Shown one piece after another: positions 5,910-19,100 of a DNA stretch of 32,000 nucleotides. Source of the DNA: Mycolicibacterium smegmatis (GTDB lineage Bacteria > Actinomycetota > Actinomycetes > Mycobacteriales > Mycobacteriaceae); NCBI RefSeq assembly GCF_001457595.1, contig NZ_LN831039.1, forward strand, positions 420,001 to 452,000. The letters run 5' to 3'. A program made the translations under genes and the position numbers. Each line of letters opens with the position of its first letter. Positions within the stretch are counted from its first letter, which is position 1. The notes beneath the pieces were generated by a model. The model saw only the letters and a program-made list of their open reading frames with translations, searched no databases and had not been told where the DNA came from.

Positions 5910-8900
5910 ATGGAACCTGTCGACGGGGCACTACCACTGTCGCGCGGGCAGTTGGATATCTGGCTTTCGCAAGAAAGCGGACTGGCCGGCGCCGAGTGGC
6001 AGCTGGGCCTTTTGGGCAAGATCGACGGCGTCGTCGATCACGGACTCCTGCAACAGGCGATCCGTCAAGCTCTGCAAGAGGCCGAACCGGCGCGCGCCAC
6101 ATTCTTCGAAGCTGACGGCCAGGTCTTTCAGAAGCCGCTCGATTACTCGGATCTCGACGTCCCGCTGTACGACGTGCGGGACGCCGACGATCCTGAGGCG
6201 AAAGCCCGTGAAATGGCGGCAGAGATCCAGCACACCCCGCTGCCGCTCACCGGTCGGCTGGTGAAGTTCGCGCTGTTCCAGACGCGTGCCGAACAGTTCT
6301 ACCTGTTCGGGCTCGGCCACCACATCTCTGTGGACGGACTCGGCATGGCCCTGGTCAGCCGCCGTATCTCGACCATCTACTCGTCGCTGGTCGCCGGTAA
6401 ACCGGTGCCGGACGCATACTTTGGTTCGTTGCGGGATCTCGTCGAGTGCGAGATGTCGTACGAGGCGTCCGCGGACTACCAGGACGACCTGGCGTACTGG
6501 AGCGAAAACCTGCCCCCGGACACCGGTCTGGACCAAGGTCTCGCCCCCACGTCGCACGGGAAGAACGCTTATACGCCCTCGGCGTCGGTGCCCATCGATC
6601 CGTCCGTCGTCGGCAAAATCAAGGTGCTCTCGAAAAACCTTCGTATCAGGCGTTATTCCGTCACCACCGCGGCCTGTGCACTCCTGGCGCAATCCTGGTC
6701 GGCCACCGGTGACCAGGTGGCGCTCGATTTCCCGGTCAGTCGGCGCGTGACACCGGAGTCGAAGACTCTGCCCGCCATGCTGGCGGGAGTCGCTCCGTTG
6801 GTGCTGGACGCGCCGCCGAATGTGACCGTCGGCGAGTTCTGCAAGCAGGTCGATGCCCGGATCAGGGAACTGCTTGCACATCAGCGCTTCCCGGTCCACC
6901 GCTTGGGTGACGGCGGCGCGCGTCAGACATCGAACCGGTTGGCGGTCAACTTCATCCCATCGCGCCTCACCTTGGACTTTGCGGGTGCGGAAGCGACCGC
7001 GTCCTACACCAACCACGGGCCGATGGGCCACTTCGGGCTGTTCTTCATCGGAGCCGGTGACGAACTCTTCCTGAGTACCGCCGGCGCGGGCCGGCCGTTC
7101 GCCGATTTCGAGGTGGCTGACCTCGCCGACCACATCCAGCAGGTCGTGATGGCGATGGCGGCCGATCCGGACCGCCCGCTGTCGTCGATCGACACCGTGG
7201 CGGCGGTCGAGCACACCGAGGTCGAGGACTTCGGTCACCAGACAGTCCTCACCGAGCACCCGGACGCGATCACCATCCTCGAGTTGTTCGGCAAGCACAT
7301 GTCGAATGCGCCCGATGCGCCTGCCATGACCTACCAAGACCGGACGATGACGTTCCGCGAGCTCGACGAGGCCGCCAACCGGTTCGCGCACCTGCTGATC
7401 GCCCACGGTGCCCGTCCGGGCGAGCGCGTGGCGCTTCTGTCACCGCGGACCGACCGCGCGGTGATCGCGATCTTGGCGGTGCTCAAGACCGGGGCGGCAT
7501 ACGTGCCGATCGACCCTGTGGTGCCGGCGTCGCGCATCGACTTCATCCTCGGCGACTCGACCCCCATCGCGGCGATCACCACCGCGGAACTGCGGTCTCG
7601 GCTCGTCGATCACGACCTCACCGTGATCGACATCGACGATCCGGCCATCGCGGGGCAGCCGGGCACCCCGCCGGCGGGGCCGGTGCCGGATGACATGGCT
7701 TACATCATCTACACCTCGGGCACCACCGGGACGCCCAAGGGCGTGGCCGTGAGCCATCACAACGTGACCCGCCTGATGGCCGCTCTGGAGTCCGGTCTGC
7801 CGCATCCGGGCACCTGGCCCCTGTGCCACTCGTTGGCCTTCGACGCGTCGGTCTGGGAGATCGGCAATGCCCTGTTGCGCGGCGGGCGACTCGTGGTGGT
7901 TCCCGAGTCGGTGACGGCCTCGCCCGAGGAGTTCCACGACCTACTGGTGCGCGAGAAGATCGACGCGTTCACACAGACTCCGTCCGCAGTGGCGATGCTG
8001 TCCTCCGAGGGACTCGACGGCACGACGCTCGTCGTGGTCGGCGAGGCATGCCCGCCGGCCGTGGTGGACAAGTGGGCCCCTGGGCGCGCGATGGTCAACG
8101 GGTACGGGCCTACCGAGACCACGATCTGCGTGACCACCAGCGCGCCGCTGCAGCCGGGTTCGGTCGTGCCGATCGGTTATCCGCTGCCGGGAGCCGGTCT
8201 GTTCGTCCTGGACGCCTGGATGCGCCCGGTTCCCAAGGGTGTCGCCGGCGAGCTGTACGTGGCGGGAGACGGCGTCACCTACGGGTACATCGGTCGCTCA
8301 GGTCTCACGGCGTCCCGCTTCGTCGCGTGCCCCTTCGGTGAGCCGGGCAAGCGGATGTACCGCACCGGTGATCTGGTGCGGTGGTGCGAAGACGGTCAGC
8401 TGGAGTATCTGGGCCGCGCCGACGAGCAGGTCAAGATCCGCGGGTTCCGCATCGAGCTCGGCGAGGTACAGGCGGCCCTCGCCGACCTCGACGGCGTCGA
8501 AAGCGCCGCGGTGATCGCACGCGAAGACCGCCCAGGTGACAAACGTCTGGTCGGTTACATCACCGGAACCGCGGATCCCGCGGAACTTCGCACGCAACTG
8601 GGTGACCGGCTGCCGCCGTACATGGTGCCGGTCGCCATCGTGGTGCTGGACGCACTCCCGCTGACGCCGAACAACAAGCTCGACACGCGCGCGCTGCCCG
8701 CGCCCGAGTACGTCAGCTCGGGAGGGCACTACCGTGCCCCGTCCAACCCGGTCGAAGAGGTCCTCGCCGACATCTTCGCGCAGGTGCTGGGCGTGGAGCG
8801 GGTCGGCGTGGACGATTCGTTCTTCGATCTCGGTGGCGACAGCATTCTGTCGATGCAGGTCGTTGCGCGTGCCCGCGCCGCGGGCATCCAGTGCCGCCCT

Positions 8901-11900
8901 CGTGACGTCTTCGTCGAGCAGACCATTGCGCGGTTGGCTTCGGTGGCGCAGGTTGTCACCGGCGAGAGCGACGCCTCCGACGACGGAACCGGCTCCGCGG
9001 TGCCGACCCCGATCATCCACTGGTTGCGCGAGGTCGACGGTGCGACGGACCAGTTCAACCAGACGCTCGTGGTGCAGGCCCCGGCCGGCGTCACCGAACC
9101 CGACGTGGTCGCGGTGCTGCAGGCCCTGCTCGATCGGCACGCGGCGTTGCGGTTGCGGGTCGAGGACCACGACGGCGAATGGTCACTGCTGGTGCCCGAT
9201 GCGGCAACGGTCGACGCACGTGACTGCCTCAGCGTGGTCGAGACGCTCAGCGACGACGTCGTGCTGGCCGCGCGTGCGCAGCTGAACCCGGCCGCCGGTG
9301 CGATGGTCAGTGCCCTGTGGGTTCGGCAGACCAGTCGGCTGGTGCTCATCATCCACCACCTCGCCGTCGACGGCGTGTCATGGCGGATCCTGCTGGAAGA
9401 CCTCAACATCGCCTGGGCCCAGCACCACAGTGGTCAGCAGGTCCAGCTCCCGGCCGGCGGAACGTCGTTCGTGCGGTGGTCCAAGCTGCTGGCCGACCAC
9501 GCGCGCACCGCCCAGGTGACCGCACAGGCCGACACGTGGCGAGAGATCCTGGCGAAGCCCGCGACGCTGCCCGCGGTGCGCCCGGACACCGACACCCATG
9601 TCAACGCCGGACGCTTCTCGGCGACGCTGGATCCCGAGACCACGCGACGGTTGCTCGGTGAGGTACCCGCGGCGTTCCACGCCGGTGTCCAGGACATCCT
9701 GCTGGTGGCGTTCGGCCTGGCCTGGTCGGAGTTCCTCGACCACTCGGGCGCCCCGATCACGGTCGACGTCGAGGGGCACGGGCGCCACGAAGAACTCGCG
9801 TCCGACGTCGACCTGTCGCGCACCGTGGGTTGGTTCACCACCAAGTACCCGGTGGCATTGACCGTGGCTGACGTGCCGTGGGCGCAGGTCGTGGCCGGTC
9901 ACGCCGCGCTGGGCCCGGTTGTCAAAGATGTCAAGGAACAGCTTCGCGCAGTACCGGACGGCCTGACCTACGGCCTGCTGCGGTATCTGAATTCCGAAGT
10001 GGAGCTGGGTGGTTCGGATCCGACGATCGGATTCAACTATCTGGGGCGGTTGGGCGCCGGTGCCGGGGAGCTGTCCGAGGAACTGTGGCGGATCGACCAG
10101 GGCAGCCTCGCGTTGACCGACGTGGTATCGGCCGTGCCGATGCCGCTGGCCCACACCGTCGAGCTCAACGCGGGCACCATGGACACCGACAACGGGCCGA
10201 GTCTGCAGGCGAGTTGGACGTGGGCCCCGTCGGCCTTCGACGAAGACAAGGCCGCCCGCCTGAGCCAATTGTGGTTCGAGGCGCTGGCCGGCATCTGCGC
10301 ACATGTCGCGGCCGGTGGTGGTGGCCTCACCCCGTCGGATATCGCGCCCGCGCGTTTGACCCAGCGCGAGATCGACCAGCTGACAACCAAGTTCGAGGTT
10401 GCCGACGTACTTCCCCTCACCCCGCTGCAGCAGGGCCTGTTGTTCCAGGCCGGCTTCGCCGAGGCCGCGGGTGCCGAGGCCGCGGGTGTGCCGAGCGACG
10501 ACGTCTACGCCGTCCAACTGGGCATCACGCTCAGCGGCAGCCTCGATCCGCAGCGGTTGCGTGATGCCGTGCAGATCGTGATCCGCCGCCACCCGAACCT
10601 TGCCGCGCGGTTCGTCGAACAGTTTGGCGAACCGGTGCAGGTGTTGTCCGTCGATCCCGAGATCGCCTGGCAGTTCGTCGAGTTCGACCCGGCGGACTCT
10701 GGTGTGGATGAACGTGTCGAGCAACTCTGCGCAGCAGAGCGTTCGGCGGTCTGCAAGCTCGCCGAGCAGCCGGTGTTCCGTGGCGCGCTGATCCGGACCG
10801 CCGACAACCTGCACCGGTTCGTGCTGACGATCCACCACATCGTCATCGACGGATGGTCGCTGCCGGTACTCCTCCAGGAGATCTTCACGGCCTATTTCGG
10901 TCAGCCGCTGCCGTCGCCCGCGCCGTACCGCAACTTCGTCACGTGGCTGGGCGCTCAGAACCGCGAGGCCGCGCACGCGGTGTGGGGATCGGTTCTCGAA
11001 GGCTTCGAGACGCCCACACTCGTCGCGCCGCCCGCGCAGGCGGGCCCGCGTGGCGTCGAGTCCTTCCGGCTGTCCGAGGAGACCACCCGCACCCTCGGCG
11101 AGCTCGCCCGCTCGCAGCACACGACCGTCAACACCGTGCTGCAGGCCGCCTGGGCGCAGCTGTTGATGTGGCTGACCGGGCAGCGCGACGTCGTGTTCGG
11201 CACCGCGGTCTCGGGCCGACCCGTGGACCTGCCCGGTGCGGATTCGATGGTCGGTCTGTTGATCAACACAGTGCCGGTGCGTGCGACGAGCGGTGCGGCC
11301 ACGACCGTCGCCGACCTCCTCGGCCAGCTGCAGCGCGACCACAACGACACGGTGGACCACGAGCACATGGCGCTCAACGAGATTCACCGTCTCACCGGAC
11401 ACGACCGGCTGTTCGACACGCTGTTCGTGTACGAGAACTACCCGATCGACGCCAACGCGCTGCTGAGCGTGCAGGATCTCGCGGTCACCGACTTCGCGAG
11501 CCGCGAGTACAACCACTATCCGCTGTCGATGGTCGCGACCCCGGGCCACGAGGTGGTCCTCCGCGTCGAATTCGACACCGAGATCTTCGACGCGCCGAGC
11601 ATCGAGGCACTCGTCAACCGGTTGCAGCGAGTGCTCGAAGCCATGGTCACGGAGCCGGCACGACGGCTCTCGACGATCGACCTGCTCGACGCTCAGGAAC
11701 ACGAACGCCTCGACCAGTGGGGCAACCGGGCCGTGCTGACACGTCCCGCGCCCGCACTCGAATCGATCCCGGCGTCGTTCGCCGAACAGGTTCGGCGCGT
11801 GCCCGATGCCGTGGCGCTCAGCTGCGGCGACCGGTCCTGGACGTACCGCGAACTCGACGAGGCCTCCAACCGGATGGCGCATCTGCTGGCTGGACGTGGC

Positions 11901-14900
11901 GCGAAACCCGGTGAGCGGGTGGCGATGTTGCTGCCGCGCACCGGGGAAGCCGTCGTGACCATCCTGGCGATCCTCAAGACCGGGGCGGCATACCTGCCGA
12001 TCGACCCCGCGCACCCGGACGCCCGGATCGAGTTCGTGCTCAAAGACGCGGCGCCCGTCGCGGCCGTCTCATCGGCCGACCTGCGTACCAGGCTGATCGC
12101 GTCCGGGGTACCGGTGATCGAGGTCGACGACCCGGCCATCGGCGCCGAGGCGAGCACGTCGCTGCCGGTCCCGGCGGTCGACGACATCGCCTACATCATC
12201 TACACCTCGGGTACCACCGGCACGCCGAAAGGTGTTGCCGTCACGCACCGTAACGTCGCACAGCTGCTCGACACCCTCGGCGCGCAGCTGGAGCTCGGGC
12301 AGACGTGGACGCAGTGCCACTCGCTGGCCTTCGACTACTCGGTGTGGGAGATCTGGGGTCCCCTGCTCAACGGCGGCCGCGTGCTCATGGTCCCTGACGC
12401 GGTCGTCCGTTCGCCGGAGGACCTGCACGCGATGCTCGTCGCCGAGCAGGTGAGCATGCTCAGCCAGACCCCGTCGGCGTTCTACGCGCTGCAGACCGCC
12501 GACGCGCTGTATCCCGAACGCGGCGAGCAACTCAAGCTGCAGACCGTGGTGTTCGGCGGCGAAGCGCTTGAGCCGCACCGGCTGTCGGGCTGGATGCACG
12601 CCCACCCGGGCATGCCGCGCATGATCAACATGTACGGCATCACCGAGACCACGGTGCACGCGTCCTTCCGCGAGATCGGCGAGGCCGATCTCGCGAACAG
12701 CACCAGCCCCATCGGTGTGCCACTCGAGCACTTGTCGTTCTTCGTGCTGGACGGCTGGCTGCGTCAGGTGCCGGTCGGAGTGGTCGGCGAGTTGTACGTG
12801 GCCGGAGAAGGTTTGGCGTGCGGATACATCAGCCGTTCCGACCTGACGTCGACACGTTTCGTCGCCTGCCCGTTCGGAGCACCGGGCGCACGCATGTACC
12901 GCACCGGCGATCTGGTGCGGTGGGGTGCCGGCGGCCAATTGCAGTACGTGGGACGTGCCGACGAGCAGGTCAAGATCCGCGGGTACCGCATCGAACTCGG
13001 TGAGGTGCACGCCGCGCTGGTCGGACTCGACGGTGTCGAGCAGGCCGCGGTGATCGCCCGCGAGGACCGCCCCGGTGACAAGCGGTTGGTGGGTTACGTG
13101 ACCGGCGCGGTCGACCCGGTGAAGGCCCGGGCCGCGCTCGCCGAGCGGATCCCCGCGTACATGGTGCCCGCGGCGATCGTGGTGATGGAGTCGCTGCCGT
13201 TGACGGTCAACGGCAAGCTCAACACGCGCGCGCTGCCGGCCCCCGAGTACCAGGACGCAGATCAGTACCGGGCACCGGCGAGCGCCGTGGAGGAACTGCT
13301 GACCGGTATCTACGCACAGGTTCTCGGTGTCGAGCGGGTCGGCGTGGACGACTCGTTCTTTGATCTCGGCGGCGACAGCATCTCCTCGATGCAGGTGGTG
13401 GCGCGGGCACGCGCCGCAGGCCTGGTGTGCCGCCCGCGGGACATCTTCGTCGAGCAGACCGTTGCCCGTCTGGCGCAGGTCGTGGCGTTCGCCGAAGGCG
13501 AGTCCGGCGTGGTCGACACCGGTGTCGGCCCTGTCGTGGCAACCCCGATCATGCGCTGGCTGTACAGCCTTGACGGACCGATCGACCAGTTCAACCAGAC
13601 CGTGGTGCTGCAGGCCCCGGCCGAGGTGACCGAGGCCGATGTCATCGCGGTGCTCCAGGCGGTCCTTGATCACCACGCGATGTTGCGTCTGCGGGTCGAG
13701 GACGCCGCGAACTGGGATCTGGCTGTGCCGGAGCCTGGTTCGGTCGATGCGCGCGATCGTCTGTGCACCGTCGGAGAATTGACCGCCGACAGCCTCGCGG
13801 CGGTGCGCGAGCAGCTCGACCCGGCGACCGGGGCGATGCTCACCGCTGCGTGGGTTCCCGAGACACGGCAACTCGCGCTGATGGTCCATCACCTCGCGGT
13901 CGATGCGGTGTCGTGGCGGATCCTGTTGGAGGACCTCAACATCGCCTGGGCGCAGCACCGGAACGGTCAGCCCGTGGTGCTGCCCACCCCCGGCACGTCG
14001 TTCGGCAAGTGGTCCAGGTTGCTGGACCAGCACGCGCGTTCAGCCGATGTGCTCGCCACCGCCGAGGCGTGGCGTGCGGTCTCCGCGGCCCAGGCAGCGC
14101 TGCCCGCGCCGCAACCCGATACCGACGTCTACGCGAATGCCGGCCAGCTGTCGGCCTCACTCGATGTCGAGACCACGCGCCAACTGCTCGGTGACGTGCC
14201 CGCGGCCTTCCATGCCGGGGTGCAGGACATCCTGCTGATCGCGTTCGGGCTGGCCTGGAGCGAGTACCTGGGTTCAGAGCACGGACGCATCGGAATCGAC
14301 GTCGAGGGCCATGGCCGGACCGAAGAATTGTTCGGTGATGCGGACCTGTCCCGCACCGTGGGCTGGTTCACTTCCAAGTACCCGGTGGCACTGGAATTCG
14401 ATCGCAACGACGGCGGCATCTCCTGGGAGCAGGTCGTCTCCGGTGACGCCGCGCTCGGAGCGGTGATCAAGAACGCCAAGGAGCAGCTGCGCGGCGTTCC
14501 CGACGGCCTCACCTACGGACTGCTGCGGTACCTGAATCCCGAAGTCGAGCTTGGCGATTCGGATCCGACGATCGGGTTCAACTACCTGGGCCGGCTCGGT
14601 GCCGGCGCCACGGATCTCTCCGATGAGCTGTGGCGGCTCGACCAGGACGCGGTGACGCTGACCGCTGCCGCCGGCCGGGTGAACACGCCGCTCGGGCACA
14701 CCGTCGAACTCAACGCGGGCACGATGGACACCGAGGCCGGACCGCAACTGCAGGCCACCTGGACCTGGGCCCCGTCGGCACTCGACGAGGAACAGATCCA
14801 GAAGGTCAGCAAGCTGTGGTCGGATGCGCTGGCAGGGATCTGTGCCCACGTCCGCTCGGGTGGTGGCGGCTTGACGCCGTCCGATGTCGCACCTGCGCGG

Positions 14901-16190
14901 CTGAGTCAGCAGCAGATCGACGATCTCACAGCGCAATTCGACATGGTCGACGTGCTGCCGCTCACGCCGCTGCAGCACGGCCTGCTGTTCCACACCGGGC
15001 TGTCGCAGGACAGCGAGGACCTCTACGCGGTGCAGCTCGACATCTCGGTGTCGGGCCGGCTCGATGTGGAGCGCATGCGCGATGCGGTGCAGACGGTGAT
15101 CACGCGAAGGCCCAACGTGGTCGCGCACTTCTACGAGGACTTCGGCGAACCGGTGCAGATCCTGCCCGCGAACCCCGAACTCGCGTGGCAATACGTCGAC
15201 CTGAGCGGTCGGTCGGACATCGACGCGCAGATTGCGCAGATCTCGGCGGCCGAGCGGGCCGCGGTGTGCCGGCTCGGTGATCAGCCGCCGTTCCGCGCCG
15301 CGGTGCTGCGGACCGGCGAAGAGACCTACAGGTTTGTGCTGACCAACCACCACATCGTCCTGGACGGCTGGTCGAAACCGATTCTGCTGCAGGAGATCTT
15401 CGTCAGTTACTTCGGTCAGCGGCTGCCCGCGCCGGTGCCGTACCGGCGTTTTGTCTCGTGGCTTGCCGAGCAGGACAACGACGCGGCGCGGGCGGCATGG
15501 CGCGGGGTGTTCAACGGTTTCGAGACCCCGACCCTGGTCGGCACACCGGGCCTGGCCCTCGGGCGCCGTGCTGTCGAGTCGTTCCAGGTCTCGGCCGAGA
15601 CCACACAGGCGCTCGGTGAACTGGCGCGCTCCTGCCACACGACCGTGAGCACCGTGCTGCAGGGGGCATGGGCGCAGGTGCTCATGTGGCTGACCGGGCA
15701 ACCCGATGTGGCGTTCGGTACCGCGGTCTCGGGCCGCCCGACCGATGTGCCCGGTGCGGATTCGATGGTGGGTCTGTTGATCAACACCGTCCCGGTGCGT
15801 GCCACGATCACGCCGGAAACGACCGTCGCGAGCCTGATGAATCAACTGCAGGGCGCCTATACCGATACGCTGGATCACCAGCACCTGGCGCTCAACGAGA
15901 TTCACCGGGCCACGGGGCATGATCAACTGTTCGACACAGTATTTGTCTACGAAAATTATCCGATCGACACAGCAGCGTTGCTGGGCGTTCAAGAGTTGTC
16001 CATCACGGATTTCACCAACCGCGAGTACAACCACTACCCACTTTCTGTGCAAGCCGTGCCCGGCCATGAGCTGGGGTTACGGGTCGAATACGACACGAAC
16101 GTCTTCGATCGGCAACGCATCAAGAGGTTGGTGAACCGGTTGCAGCGGGTATTGGTGGCCATGACCGCGGATATGAGGGAGAAGTCATGA
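5910..16190 (+). CDS. mps1: GPL nonribosomal peptide synthetase 1: C(starter)-A-T-E-C-A-T-E-C (modules for D-Phe and D-alloThr plus the condensation domain of module 3)
   Basis: 3426 aa, ATG 5910 after GGGAAG. Motifs, given as the nt of the first codon: C1 HHISVDG 6318; A1 [14 protein letters not shown] 7701; T1 GGDSI with Ser codon 8841; E1 HHLAVDG 9354; C2 HHIVIDG 10833; A2 [14 protein letters not shown] 12192; T2 Ser codon 13377; E2 HHLAVDA 13887; C3 HHIVLDG 15348. TGA 16188-16190. Confidence 0.97.
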   Translation: MEPVDGALPLSRGQLDIWLSQESGLAGAEWQLGLLGKIDGVVDHGLLQQAIRQALQEAEPARATFFEADGQVFQKPLDYSDLDVPLYDVRDADDPEAKAREMAAEIQHTPLPLTGRLVKFALFQTRAEQFYLFGLGHHISVDGLGMALVSRRISTIYSSLVAGKPVPDAYFGSLRDLVECEMSYEASADYQDDLAYWSENLPPDTGLDQGLAPTSHGKNAYTPSASVPIDPSVVGKIKVLSKNLRIRRYSVTTAACALLAQSWSATGDQVALDFPVSRRVTPESKTLPAMLAGVAPLVLDAPPNVTVGEFCKQVDARIRELLAHQRFPVHRLGDGGARQTSNRLAVNFIPSRLTLDFAGAEATASYTNHGPMGHFGLFFIGAGDELFLSTAGAGRPFADFEVADLADHIQQVVMAMAADPDRPLSSIDTVAAVEHTEVEDFGHQTVLTEHPDAITILELFGKHMSNAPDAPAMTYQDRTMTFRELDEAANRFAHLLIAHGARPGERVALLSPRTDRAVIAILAVLKTGAAYVPIDPVVPASRIDFILGDSTPIAAITTAELRSRLVDHDLTVIDIDDPAIAGQPGTPPAGPVPDDMAYIIYTSGTTGTPKGVAVSHHNVTRLMAALESGLPHPGTWPLCHSLAFDASVWEIGNALLRGGRLVVVPESVTASPEEFHDLLVREKIDAFTQTPSAVAMLSSEGLDGTTLVVVGEACPPAVVDKWAPGRAMVNGYGPTETTICVTTSAPLQPGSVVPIGYPLPGAGLFVLDAWMRPVPKGVAGELYVAGDGVTYGYIGRSGLTASRFVACPFGEPGKRMYRTGDLVRWCEDGQLEYLGRADEQVKIRGFRIELGEVQAALADLDGVESAAVIAREDRPGDKRLVGYITGTADPAELRTQLGDRLPPYMVPVAIVVLDALPLTPNNKLDTRALPAPEYVSSGGHYRAPSNPVEEVLADIFAQVLGVERVGVDDSFFDLGGDSILSMQVVARARAAGIQCRPRDVFVEQTIARLASVAQVVTGESDASDDGTGSAVPTPIIHWLREVDGATDQFNQTLVVQAPAGVTEPDVVAVLQALLDRHAALRLRVEDHDGEWSLLVPDAATVDARDCLSVVETLSDDVVLAARAQLNPAAGAMVSALWVRQTSRLVLIIHHLAVDGVSWRILLEDLNIAWAQHHSGQQVQLPAGGTSFVRWSKLLADHARTAQVTAQADTWREILAKPATLPAVRPDTDTHVNAGRFSATLDPETTRRLLGEVPAAFHAGVQDILLVAFGLAWSEFLDHSGAPITVDVEGHGRHEELASDVDLSRTVGWFTTKYPVALTVADVPWAQVVAGHAALGPVVKDVKEQLRAVPDGLTYGLLRYLNSEVELGGSDPTIGFNYLGRLGAGAGELSEELWRIDQGSLALTDVVSAVPMPLAHTVELNAGTMDTDNGPSLQASWTWAPSAFDEDKAARLSQLWFEALAGICAHVAAGGGGLTPSDIAPARLTQREIDQLTTKFEVADVLPLTPLQQGLLFQAGFAEAAGAEAAGVPSDDVYAVQLGITLSGSLDPQRLRDAVQIVIRRHPNLAARFVEQFGEPVQVLSVDPEIAWQFVEFDPADSGVDERVEQLCAAERSAVCKLAEQPVFRGALIRTADNLHRFVLTIHHIVIDGWSLPVLLQEIFTAYFGQPLPSPAPYRNFVTWLGAQNREAAHAVWGSVLEGFETPTLVAPPAQAGPRGVESFRLSEETTRTLGELARSQHTTVNTVLQAAWAQLLMWLTGQRDVVFGTAVSGRPVDLPGADSMVGLLINTVPVRATSGAATTVADLLGQLQRDHNDTVDHEHMALNEIHRLTGHDRLFDTLFVYENYPIDANALLSVQDLAVTDFASREYNHYPLSMVATPGHEVVLRVEFDTEIFDAPSIEALVNRLQRVLEAMVTEPARRLSTIDLLDAQEHERLDQWGNRAVLTRPAPALESIPASFAEQVRRVPDAVALSCGDRSWTYRELDEASNRMAHLLAGRGAKPGERVAMLLPRTGEAVVTILAILKTGAAYLPIDPAHPDARIEFVLKDAAPVAAVSSADLRTRLIASGVPVIEVDDPAIGAEASTSLPVPAVDDIAYIIYTSGTTGTPKGVAVTHRNVAQLLDTLGAQLELGQTWTQCHSLAFDYSVWEIWGPLLNGGRVLMVPDAVVRSPEDLHAMLVAEQVSMLSQTPSAFYALQTADALYPERGEQLKLQTVVFGGEALEPHRLSGWMHAHPGMPRMINMYGITETTVHASFREIGEADLANSTSPIGVPLEHLSFFVLDGWLRQVPVGVVGELYVAGEGLACGYISRSDLTSTRFVACPFGAPGARMYRTGDLVRWGAGGQLQYVGRADEQVKIRGYRIELGEVHAALVGLDGVEQAAVIAREDRPGDKRLVGYVTGAVDPVKARAALAERIPAYMVPAAIVVMESLPLTVNGKLNTRALPAPEYQDADQYRAPASAVEELLTGIYAQVLGVERVGVDDSFFDLGGDSISSMQVVARARAAGLVCRPRDIFVEQTVARLAQVVAFAEGESGVVDTGVGPVVATPIMRWLYSLDGPIDQFNQTVVLQAPAEVTEADVIAVLQAVLDHHAMLRLRVEDAANWDLAVPEPGSVDARDRLCTVGELTADSLAAVREQLDPATGAMLTAAWVPETRQLALMVHHLAVDAVSWRILLEDLNIAWAQHRNGQPVVLPTPGTSFGKWSRLLDQHARSADVLATAEAWRAVSAAQAALPAPQPDTDVYANAGQLSASLDVETTRQLLGDVPAAFHAGVQDILLIAFGLAWSEYLGSEHGRIGIDVEGHGRTEELFGDADLSRTVGWFTSKYPVALEFDRNDGGISWEQVVSGDAALGAVIKNAKEQLRGVPDGLTYGLLRYLNPEVELGDSDPTIGFNYLGRLGAGATDLSDELWRLDQDAVTLTAAAGRVNTPLGHTVELNAGTMDTEAGPQLQATWTWAPSALDEEQIQKVSKLWSDALAGICAHVRSGGGGLTPSDVAPARLSQQQIDDLTAQFDMVDVLPLTPLQHGLLFHTGLSQDSEDLYAVQLDISVSGRLDVERMRDAVQTVITRRPNVVAHFYEDFGEPVQILPANPELAWQYVDLSGRSDIDAQIAQISAAERAAVCRLGDQPPFRAAVLRTGEETYRFVLTNHHIVLDGWSKPILLQEIFVSYFGQRLPAPVPYRRFVSWLAEQDNDAARAAWRGVFNGFETPTLVGTPGLALGRRAVESFQVSAETTQALGELARSCHTTVSTVLQGAWAQVLMWLTGQPDVAFGTAVSGRPTDVPGADSMVGLLINTVPVRATITPETTVASLMNQLQGAYTDTLDHQHLALNEIHRATGHDQLFDTVFVYENYPIDTAALLGVQELSITDFTNREYNHYPLSVQAVPGHELGLRVEYDTNVFDRQRIKRLVNRLQRVLVAMTADMREKS
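10458..10487 (+). repeat. Perfect in-frame 15-bp tandem duplication (AEAAG x2) inside the mps1 C2 domain
   Basis: GCCGAGGCCGCGGGT at 10458-10472 is repeated exactly at 10473-10487. Confidence 0.9.
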
Positions 16191-19100
16191 CTGCCGAACC
16201 GTCCACGCGGACTCTGCTGTCGTTCGACCTCCTCGACGAGGACGAGCACGACCAGATCGAGGTATGGGGTAACCGCGCGGTCCTGACCGACCCGGGCCCG
16301 ACGCCGGTCACCATTCCCGCGCTGTTCGCCGAACAGGTGGTCCGCGCCCCGGACGCGGTCGCGCTCGTGTCCGGCGACCGCTCGTGGACCTACCGCGAAC
16401 TGGACGAGGCCTCCAACCGGCTGGCACATGTGTTGGCCGAACACGGTGCGAAACCCGGTGCGACAGTGGCGTTCTTGATCCCGCGGTCCGGCGAGGCGAT
16501 TCTGTCGATCCTCTCGGTGCTCAAGACAGGTGCCGCATATCTGCCCGTCGACCCGGCACACCCCGACGCGCGCATCGGGTTCATGATGTCCGATGCGAAG
16601 CCCGTAGCGGCGCTGACCACCGCTGACCTGCGGTCACGTCTCGACCAGTACGACCTTGCCGTCATCGACATGGCAGATCCGGCGATCGACCGGCGTCCCA
16701 GCGACGCGCTGTCCGGGCCCAGGCCCGACGACCTCGCCTACATGACCTACACGTCCGGCACCACCGGCGTGCCCAAGGCCGTCGCCGTCACCCACCACAA
16801 CGTCACCCAATTGGTGAGCGCACTGCACGCCGACCTCCCTTCCGGGCCCGGCCAGGTGTGGTCGCAGTGGCATTCGCTGGTGTTTGACGTCTCGGTGTGG
16901 GAGATCTGGGGTGCCCTGCTGCACGGCGGCCGGCTGGTCGTCGTCCCCGAGTCCGTCGGCAGCTCGCCCGACGACCTGCACAACCTGCTGATCACCGAGA
17001 AGGTCAGTGTGCTGTGCCAGACGCCGTCCGCGGCAGGCATGTTGTCTCCGGAAGGGCTCGAGTCGACGACGCTGATCGTCGCAGGCGAGGCCTGCCCGAC
17101 CGAGCTGGTCGATCGATGGGCCCCGGGCCGCGTCATGATCAACGCGTACGGCCCGACCGAGGCCACCATCTACGCGGCGATGAGCGAGCCCCTGACGGCG
17201 GGCACGGGCGTCGCTCCGATCGGTGCTCCCGTCCCCGGCGCGGCCCTGTTCGTGCTGGACAAGTGGCTGCGCCCCGCTCCCGAAGGCGTGGTCGGTGAGC
17301 TGTACGTGGCCGGACACGGCGTCGCGACTGGCTACATCGGGCGTCCGGATCTGACCGCGTCGCGGTTCGTGGCGTGCCCGTTCGGCGAAACCGGCGAGCG
17401 GATGTACCGCACGGGAGATCTGGTTCGTTGGGGTTCGGACGGTCAGCTGGAGTACCTCGGCCGTGCCGACGAGCAGGTCAAGATCCGTGGTTACCGCATC
17501 GAACTCGGCGAGATCCAGGCCGCGCTGGCCAAGCTGGACGGCGTCGACCAGGCCGTCGTGATCGCCCGTGAGGACCGCCCCGGCGACAAGCGCCTGGTGG
17601 GTTACATCACCGGGACCGCCGATCCGGCACAGCTGCGTACGGCCCTGGCCGAGAGCCTGCCCGCCTACATGGTCCCCACCGCGGTGGTGGTGCTGGATAC
17701 CATCCCCTTGACGGTCAACGGGAAACTCGACCGCCGGGCCCTGCCCGCACCTGAATATCGCAGTGCGGCAAACGATTACCGTGCACCGTCGACACCGGCC
17801 GAGCAGATCCTCGCCGACGTCTACGCGCAGGTGCTAGGTGTCGAGCGGGTGGGTGTCGACGATTCGTTCTTCGACCTCGGCGGCGACAGCATCCTGTCGA
17901 TGCAGGTGGTCGCCCGGGCGCGGGCCGCTGGGATCCAGTGCCGCCCGCGCGACATCTTCGTCGAGCAGACCGTCGCCGGTGTGGCCCGCGTGGCCGTCGC
18001 GGCCGGTGAATCCCACGTCGTCGACGAGGGTGTCGGCCCGGTGGTCGCCACCCCGATCATGCGTTGGCTGCGCGAAGTCGACGGACCCACCGGTCAGTTC
18101 AACCAGACGGTGATCACCCAGGCTCCGGCCGGTGTCACCGAGGACGACGTGGTGGTGATCCTGCAGGCGCTGCTGGATCGGCACGCGACGCTGCGACTGC
18201 GGGTCGAGGACACGCAAGAAGACACCGACGAGTGGTCGCTGCTGGTGCCGGAGGCCGGCGCCGTCGGGGCCCGCGAGTGCCTTCGCACCGTCGACGCACT
18301 GACCGACGACGTACTGGTCGAGGCGCGCAACCGCCTCGATCCCGCCGCCGGTGCCATGGTCAGCGCGGTCTGGGTGCGCGAGACGAGCCAACTGGTGCTG
18401 ATGATCCACCACCTCGCGGTCGACGGGGTGTCGTGGCGAATCCTTTTGGAAGACCTCAACATCGCCTGGGCCCAGCACTGCACCGGGCAGTCCATTGAGC
18501 TGCCTGCAGGCGGCACGTCGTTCGCGCGCTGGAGCGCTCTGCTGGCCGAACACGCGAAGACCGATACGGTGCGCGACCTCGCCGACGCATGGCGCGCGGT
18601 CACCTCCGTCCCACAGGCACTGCCGCCGGTGCAGCCCGACACCGACACCTACGTCACAGCCGGGCAGCTCTCGGCCTCGCTGGACGTGGAAACCACACGT
18701 CAGCTGCTGGGTGAGGTGCCCGCGGCGTTCCGCGCCGGTGTCCAGGACATCCTCCTGGTCGCCTTCGGGCTGGCATGGACCGAGTTCCTGAACCGCTCGG
18801 ACACCCCGATCGGCGTCGACGTCGAGGGCCACGGCCGCTACGACGAACTGGCATCCGACGTCGACCTGTCACGCACGGTCGGCTGGTTCACCACCAAGTA
18901 CCCGGTCGCGCTGACCGTGGAAAATTTGCCGTGGGAGCAGGTCGTCGCCGGTGACGCCGCGCTCGGTGGGATCGTCAAGGCCGTCAAGGAGCAGTTGCGG
19001 TCGCTGCCCGAGGGTCTGACCTACGGTTTGTTGCGGTACCTGAATCCCGAAGTGGACCTGGGTGGTTCGGATCCGACGATCGGTTTCAACTACCTGGGAC

